From the NCBI GenBank assembly GCA_052390515.1, contig JBQTGV010000108.1, forward strand, positions 1 to 11,244: a DNA stretch of 11,244 nucleotides, read 5' to 3'. Source of the DNA: Candidatus Eiseniibacteriota bacterium. Lineage in GTDB: Bacteria > ARS69. Position 1 is the stretch's first letter. Every line of letters starts with the position of its first letter. The notes under the pieces are model-generated. The model searched no databases, had not been told where the DNA came from, and saw only the letters and a program-made list of their open reading frames with translations. Made by a program: the position numbers and the translations under genes. Shown piece after piece: positions 6,635 to 11,244 of this stretch.

Positions 6635-9376
6635 CTAGAACTCGAACTGGAGACCGACGCGGAAAACGCGCGGCTCGTCGAAAACTCGCGGATCGTTGAG
6701 CGGAATGAGCACGTCCTCGGTCAGCCCGATCGTATCGGCGAGGTTGTACGCCCCGCCCAGCTCGCCGAACTCCGTGTAGTACTGCCGGTAGTACTCCGTG
6801 TCCGGAATCGGATACAGCTGCGGCCGCAGCGAGCGCACGTTCTGGCGGTCCAGGATGTTGCGGCCCTCCAGGAAGAGCCGGAACTCCTGGCCGTAGAGCA
6901 CGTACAGCTTCTGGGCCTTCAGATCGAGCGTCATGATGGAAGGGAGACGGATGGAGTTGATCTCCTCGGCCAGCTCGTTTCTCTGTCCGAGGCGCAGCGG
7001 CGTCACCGGAGACCCCGCCGCTACGTTCAGGTCGAACGAGACCTGCCAGATGCCCGGGTCGGAGAACGCGATGAACGAGTTCAGGACGTGCGGCCGGTCC
7101 CAGCTCAGCGGCACCTCGCGGATCGGCTCGCGGTCCAGACCCTCGCTCTGGACGATCGCGCCCTGGTTCACGTCGGAGGACGAGCCCGTGGCCCGGGACA
7201 GCGTGTAGGAGATCCCGCCCTGCCAGTAATTGGAGAAGCGCTTGTCCAGGGATAGCTCGAACCCCCGCACCGAACCGTAGTCCTGGTTGAAGTACGTGGT
7301 CGAAGCGAACTGCTGCTGTTCGGTCTCGCGCTCCGCCTCGAGCTCCTTGGTCCCCACCAGACCGAAGATGTCTTTGAAGAAGACCGTCGCGTCCACGAAG
7401 ATCGACTCGGACAGCTGCCGCCGCACGCCAAACTCGTACGAGATGGTCGTCTCCGGATCGAGGAACGCATTGCCGACGATCTGGTTTCCGGCGTTCGGAT
7501 TGTTCGAGTAATCGTAGAGCAGCTCGAGGTCCGGCAGCTGGAAGAACCGTCCGTAGCTGAAGTGCAGCACGTCGCGGTCGGAGATCGGATAGGACATGCC
7601 CAGCCGCGGCGAAACCTGCGCCTTCCAGCGCTCGAGGAACGACGTGCCCTCCAACGGCTTCTCCAGGATGAGCACGCGCTGGTTGGAGACGCGGATCGCG
7701 TCCTCTCCGGGATCGAAGAAGTCGAAGCGTAGGCCGGCGTTCAGCACCATGGAGTTCTCGTAGCGCAGCCGGTCCTGCACGTAGATCACGCCACCGACCG
7801 CGGACTGCTCGTACTGGTTCGGGAAATTCCCGAGGGGGTCGTCCTCGTCCGGAAACGTGCGCGAGTCCTTGGTGAGATCGAAGTAGTCGACCGTCATCCC
7901 GGTCTTCAGCTCGTGCGTCTCGCCGGCAAGCTTGTTCTGGTAGTCGGCGCGGACCGTGTACTGGTTGGACTCGCGCTTCTCCCACACCGGGTAGTCTCCG
8001 GTGACGCTGTAGAACAGGTTCGCCGGATCCCGATCGACGTCGTTGCCGGTGAACGACACGTACCGCTCGGGGCTCTTGTCGGCCACGTTCTCGGTGTACC
8101 GGTTGTTGAACAGCGCGAGGCGGGCGGTGACGAACGAGTCGTTGGTGAGCGGGTGCGTGTACACCAGCTTGTACTGGTCGTTCTTGGCGATGCGCTCGGA
8201 GAGATGCTCCGGACCGTTGTAGTACGTATACGTGCTGTCCAGCGGCTCGAACCACCACTGCTCCTCGGCCTCCGACCAGTAGCCGACGCGGCTGAAAGCG
8301 TGGTGGTACCAGTCGTTCGCCGAGCGGGAGAACAGATACTCGCCGGAGATCTTGCGCGCGTTGGGGAAGCGGTAAGTCAGCTTGCCCTGGCCGCGGATCG
8401 CGTTCTCCTGCCGGTCCCTGAGGCTCGCCAGCTCCAGATCCTCGAAGAAGAGCTTGCGCGCTTCGCGGTTCTCCAGGGTCTTGAGGTAGGTGTCCTGGAA
8501 GACGCCTTCGCCGGAGAGGTAGAACCGCCATGCGTCCCCGGCGAACGGCAGGGGTCCACCGAAGCCGAGCGCGATGTTGTCGTAGTTGAAGTAGGTCTTG
8601 TCCGGGGCCCCGAAGTCGTCGGTCAGGAACTTGATCTGTCCGGCGACCTCCTCCCCGCCCTCGCGGGTGGCGATCTCGATGATGCCCGACTGGGCGTTGC
8701 CATACTCGGCGTCGAAGCCGCCGGTCAGCACGTTCAGACCTTCCTGCGAGGTCAGCGCGATATCCAGGGTGCCGCCCTGGCTCGACGATCCTGCGAACGA
8801 ATCCGACACCGGCATCCCGTCCACGACGGTCTTGACCTCCGACGAGCGGCCGCCGCGCACGAAGAACTGGTCGCCGAGCTGGACCACGCCGGCCTGCGTG
8901 GCAATGGCTTCCTCCGTCGTGTTGATCGCCCGGATCTTGGACTGCTCGCGGGTGTCGATCACGCGGATCGTCGTAGACTCCTGCGTCTTGAGCTCGTCGA
9001 GCTTCTCGCCGAAGACGTCGATGACCTCCATGTCCGCCGCAACCGTCTGCTCGAGGGTGACGCTCACCGTGGCGGTGTGCCCGCCCTCGGCGACCACGAC
9101 CGGCGTTTCGCTGCTCTTGTAGCCGACCAGGCGAACCTCGACCGTGTAGGTACCGGGAGCGACGCCCTCGAAGAGGAACCGTCCCGCGGCGTCAGCCTGG
9201 CGGCCGCGCCCCAGCTCGCGAAGGATGACGTTCGCTTCGGGAACCGGCTTGCCGTTCGTGCTGGTGACAGTGCCCTCGATGCGTCCGGTCGTCGGCGCCT
9301 GCGCAAAACCCGCGACGGGAACGGCCAGCAGCGACACCGCCATCAGAATCGTGAGAAGAAGACGCGTCGGAGGCAT
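6635..9376 (-). CDS. TonB-dependent receptor with N-terminal carboxypeptidase regulatory-like domain, 913 aa
   Basis: ATG 9376 has GGAGG 9 nt upstream; the ORF-track GTG at 9385 overlaps this SD region. The signal peptide ends ...VAGFA|Q. It is followed by 'GRIEGTVTSTNGKPVPEANV...GRFLFEGVAPGTYTVEVRLVGY', a TonB-box-like 'EVIDVFG', and plug motifs 'VRGGRSSEV...VDG' and 'GGFDAEYGNAQSGII'. Barrel motifs are 'NAGLRFD', 'VSPRLG', 'GNAFLDPET', 'RGFEL' and 'NILD', ending in 'PRVFRVGLQFEF'. Confidence 0.95.
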   Translation of the reverse strand: MPPTRLLLTILMAVSLLAVPVAGFAQAPTTGRIEGTVTSTNGKPVPEANVILRELGRGRQADAAGRFLFEGVAPGTYTVEVRLVGYKSSETPVVVAEGGHTATVSVTLEQTVAADMEVIDVFGEKLDELKTQESTTIRVIDTREQSKIRAINTTEEAIATQAGVVQLGDQFFVRGGRSSEVKTVVDGMPVSDSFAGSSSQGGTLDIALTSQEGLNVLTGGFDAEYGNAQSGIIEIATREGGEEVAGQIKFLTDDFGAPDKTYFNYDNIALGFGGPLPFAGDAWRFYLSGEGVFQDTYLKTLENREARKLFFEDLELASLRDRQENAIRGQGKLTYRFPNARKISGEYLFSRSANDWYHHAFSRVGYWSEAEEQWWFEPLDSTYTYYNGPEHLSERIAKNDQYKLVYTHPLTNDSFVTARLALFNNRYTENVADKSPERYVSFTGNDVDRDPANLFYSVTGDYPVWEKRESNQYTVRADYQNKLAGETHELKTGMTVDYFDLTKDSRTFPDEDDPLGNFPNQYEQSAVGGVIYVQDRLRYENSMVLNAGLRFDFFDPGEDAIRVSNQRVLILEKPLEGTSFLERWKAQVSPRLGMSYPISDRDVLHFSYGRFFQLPDLELLYDYSNNPNAGNQIVGNAFLDPETTISYEFGVRRQLSESIFVDATVFFKDIFGLVGTKELEAERETEQQQFASTTYFNQDYGSVRGFELSLDKRFSNYWQGGISYTLSRATGSSSDVNQGAIVQSEGLDREPIREVPLSWDRPHVLNSFIAFSDPGIWQVSFDLNVAAGSPVTPLRLGQRNELAEEINSIRLPSIMTLDLKAQKLYVLYGQEFRLFLEGRNILDRQNVRSLRPQLYPIPDTEYYRQYYTEFGELGGAYNLADTIGLTEDVLIPLNDPRVFDEPRVFRVGLQFEF

Positions 9377-9627
9377 CGCGGTCACCCTCCCCTGGGGGCT
9401 GGACAGCCTGACTGGAGGATCGGAGCTCGATCGAACCGATCCGACATCATAGCGAACCGGGTTTCACGCCGCGACGCTCAGGGGCCGGAAGTGGACCACC
9501 GTCGGGGACTACGGGCACTTCTCGAAACCGCTGCGCTGGTCCCGTTCACGCTTTCTTCAAACCGCCCGCGCCGACTCCCGCAACCCATTGACTCTCAACG
9601 AGCTACACCGACCCGGTTGCGGACGGT
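9377..9627 (-). promoter_or_regulatory. Long (~250 nt) structured 5' leader of the TonB-dependent receptor operon
   Basis: Spans the predicted TSS (~9627) to the start codon. It contains a hairpin at 9580-9606, an alternative helix 9578-9585/9615-9622, a hairpin 9417-9423/9436-9442, and an anti-SD (9414-9420) complementary to the SD region (9384-9390). Confidence 0.45.
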
Positions 9628-9633
9628 GCGGTC

Positions 9634-9662
9634 ACTATAGCCAAGGCTCAGGGGGGTGTCAA
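9634..9662 (-). promoter_or_regulatory. sigma70-type promoter for the TBDR operon
   Basis: Minus strand reads TTGACA (9662-9657)-N17-TATAGT (9639-9634): perfect -35, 5/6 -10 and optimal spacing in a GC-rich background. Confidence 0.8.
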
Positions 9663-9724
9663 GGCGACCAAACCATTGCAGTGTCAAATCTTACGTCACG
9701 CGCGACCCTCGATCGGTGGAGTCG

Positions 9725-9753
9725 TTGACACCCCGGGAGGCGGCTCCTATGCT
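9725..9753 (+). promoter_or_regulatory. sigma70-type promoter for the ABC ATPase gene
   Basis: TTGACA (9725-9730)-N17-TATGCT (9748-9753), about 50 nt upstream of the TTG start. Confidence 0.75.
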
Positions 9754-9804
9754 GCGGCTCTTCCGGGTGCGAAGCGGCCACCCGACCGCCGAGGAGCCCG
9801 TCCC

Positions 9805-11244
9805 TTGACCGAGCCTCTCCTCTCCGTCCAGGGGCTCCGAACAACGTTCCGCACCGAGGAAGAGACCGTCGAAGCGGTCCGCGACGTTTCCCTCGAGATC
9901 CGCCCCGGCCGGACCCTCGGGCTCGTGGGCGAATCGGGCTCGGGCAAGTCCGTCACGAGCCTCTCCATCCTGCGGCTGCTTCCCGACAAGGTGGCCCGCA
10001 TCGACGCCGGCGCCGTCCGCTTCCTCGGCCGAGACCTCGCGCAGCTCCGGGAACGCGACCTGATCAAGATCCGCGGCGCCGAGATCAGCATGATCTTCCA
10101 GGAGCCCATGACCTCGCTCAACCCGGTGCTCACCGCCGGAGCGCAGGTCATGGAAGCGATCCGCATCCATCAGGACGTGTCCCGCAAGGAGGCCCGCGAG
10201 CGCACCGTCCGGCTCTTCGAGGAGGTCGGCCTACCCGACCCCGCCGCCCGCGTCGACATGTACCCGCACGAGCTCTCCGGGGGGCAACAGCAGCGCGTGA
10301 TGATCGCCATGGCTCTCTCGTGCAATCCCAAACTGCTGATCGCCGACGAGCCCACCACCGCGCTGGACGTCACCATCCAGGCGCAGATCCTGGACCTGCT
10401 GCGCAGGCTCCGCGACACGCGAAAGATGGCCATGCTGTTCATCACGCACGACCTCGGGGTGATCGCGGAGATCGCCGACGACGTGGCGGTGATGTACCGC
10501 GGGCGCATCGTCGAGCAGGGAACGATCGAGCGGATCTTCGGCGCGCCCGAGCACCCGTACACCAAGGGACTGCTGGCGTGCCGGCCGCGGCTCACCACCA
10601 CGCTCTCCCGCCTTCCCAGCGTCTCCGAGTTCATGGACGTGGTCACGGACGCGCGCGGCGAGGCGACGATCACCGAGCGCGTCGCCGACCTGTCCCGCTT
10701 CGAGCGGGAGCGAACGCGTCCGGATCCGGCCACCGCGCGGGAAGAGCTCGTCGTCGAGGACCTGCGCGTGCACTTCCCGATCCGCAAAGGACTCCTGCAG
10801 CGGACGGTCGGCTGGGTGAAGGCGGTGGACGGCATCAGCTTCCGCGTCCGCACGGGGCGGACGCTCGGGCTCGTCGGGGAGTCCGGCTGCGGTAAGACCA
10901 CCACCGGGCGAGCCATACTCCGGCTGGTGGAGCCCACCTCGGGACGCGTGCTGTTCCGCGGCCGGGACCTGGCCCAGCTCTCCGCCAAGGAGATGCGGGC
11001 GCTGCGCAAGGAGATGCAGGTCGTCTTCCAGGATCCGTACGGAAGCCTGAACCCGCGTCTCACGGTGGAGGGCGCGCTGGTCGAGCCCATGGAGATCCAC
11101 GGGATCGGATCGAGCCGCCGCGAGCGGCGTGACCGGGCCGCGGCGCTGCTCGAGGAAGTCGGGCTGGAGACCGCGCACCTCCGCCGCTACCCGCACGAGT
11201 TCTCCGGCGGCCAGCGCCAGCGCATCTGCATCGCCCGCGCGCTG
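9805..11244 (+). CDS. Dipeptide/oligopeptide-type ABC transporter ATP-binding protein with two fused NBDs (GsiA/YejF-like architecture); truncated at right edge
   Basis: Translated by hand and absent from the ORF track. TTG 9805 has GAGGAG 8 nt upstream and reads [18 protein letters not shown]1 has Walker A GESGSGKS (9928-9951), '[12 protein letters not shown]', signature '[12 protein letters not shown]', Walker B '[12 protein letters not shown]', 'ITHDL' and 'HPYTKGLL'. NBD2 has Walker A GESGCGKT (10876-10899), '[12 protein letters not shown]' and '[12 protein letters not shown]'. Confidence 0.95.
   Translation, partial: MTEPLLSVQGLRTTFRTEEETVEAVRDVSLEIRPGRTLGLVGESGSGKSVTSLSILRLLPDKVARIDAGAVRFLGRDLAQLRERDLIKIRGAEISMIFQEPMTSLNPVLTAGAQVMEAIRIHQDVSRKEARERTVRLFEEVGLPDPAARVDMYPHELSGGQQQRVMIAMALSCNPKLLIADEPTTALDVTIQAQILDLLRRLRDTRKMAMLFITHDLGVIAEIADDVAVMYRGRIVEQGTIERIFGAPEHPYTKGLLACRPRLTTTLSRLPSVSEFMDVVTDARGEATITERVADLSRFERERTRPDPATAREELVVEDLRVHFPIRKGLLQRTVGWVKAVDGISFRVRTGRTLGLVGESGCGKTTTGRAILRLVEPTSGRVLFRGRDLAQLSAKEMRALRKEMQVVFQDPYGSLNPRLTVEGALVEPMEIHGIGSSRRERRDRAAALLEEVGLETAHLRRYPHEFSGGQRQRICIARAL

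Noticed and set aside
960-8531. Alternative-frame minus-strand ORFs (960-1814, 2630-3196, 3462-4349, 4595-6595, 6618-8531)
   Set aside because: Arg-rich out-of-frame readings that overlap genes with clear family signatures; an artefact of GC3 codon bias.
9446-9466. Second minus-strand promoter (TATGAT at 9451-9446, TGAAAC at 9466-9461)
   Set aside because: There is no acceptable -35 at 16-18 nt from TATGAT, and the ECF-type spacing is poor. Not supported enough to call, though it would shorten the leader if real.
9377-9630. Known cobalamin or TPP riboswitch upstream of the TBDR
   Set aside because: I could not find the B12-box/GCCACUG or the CUGAGA...ACCUGA consensus elements by eye. An Rfam scan is needed to exclude them formally.
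56-9640. Long plus-strand ORFs in the track (e.g. 334-1050, 689-1885, 1720-3450, 3233-4450, 4504-6699, 7913-9640)
   Set aside because: They are antisense shadows of well-supported minus-strand genes, as expected in high-GC DNA. They show no recognisable motifs and have Arg/Gly/Val/Pro-biased composition.
9663-9680. sigma54 promoter suggested by TTGCA at 9676-9680
   Set aside because: There is no GG at the required GG-N10-GC spacing.
9659-11196. Minus-strand ORFs 9659-9844, 9691-10170, 9747-10166, 10170-11090, 10231-11196 and plus-strand 10320-10895
   Set aside because: Shadow frames of the ABC ATPase gene, whose frame carries all Walker and signature motifs.

Overview
GC-rich bacterial DNA from a diderm organism. 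The gene repertoire suggests a non-Bacteroidota member of the FCB group, which is an inference. A minus-strand cluster reads, in transcription order: TonB-dependent receptor with an N-terminal carboxypeptidase-regulatory-like domain (9376-6635); a large acidic secreted protein with DxDxDG repeats, an Fn3-like domain and a T9SS-type-A-like C-terminal domain (6621-4447); a PorV/PorQ (UPF0164)-family beta-barrel (4393-3428); a GWxTD-domain protein with a variant GILTD motif (3465-1879); a Yip1-family membrane protein (1741-989); and a TolC-family protein truncated by the window edge (909-<1). A fused two-NBD dipeptide/oligopeptide-type ABC ATPase is transcribed divergently (9805->11244). The tolC and ABC genes are missing from the supplied ORF track because they run off the window. 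The intergenic region holds two back-to-back near-consensus sigma70 promoters with mirror-image -35 regions. It also gives the receptor a ~250-nt leader with mutually exclusive anti-SD and anti-anti-SD helices. The main candidate for an undescribed system is the TBDR + CTD-bearing cargo + dedicated PorV + GWxTD module, a possible SusCD analogue that uses a barrel-tethered partner instead of a lipoprotein. No RNA genes, CRISPR arrays or mobile elements were recognised.
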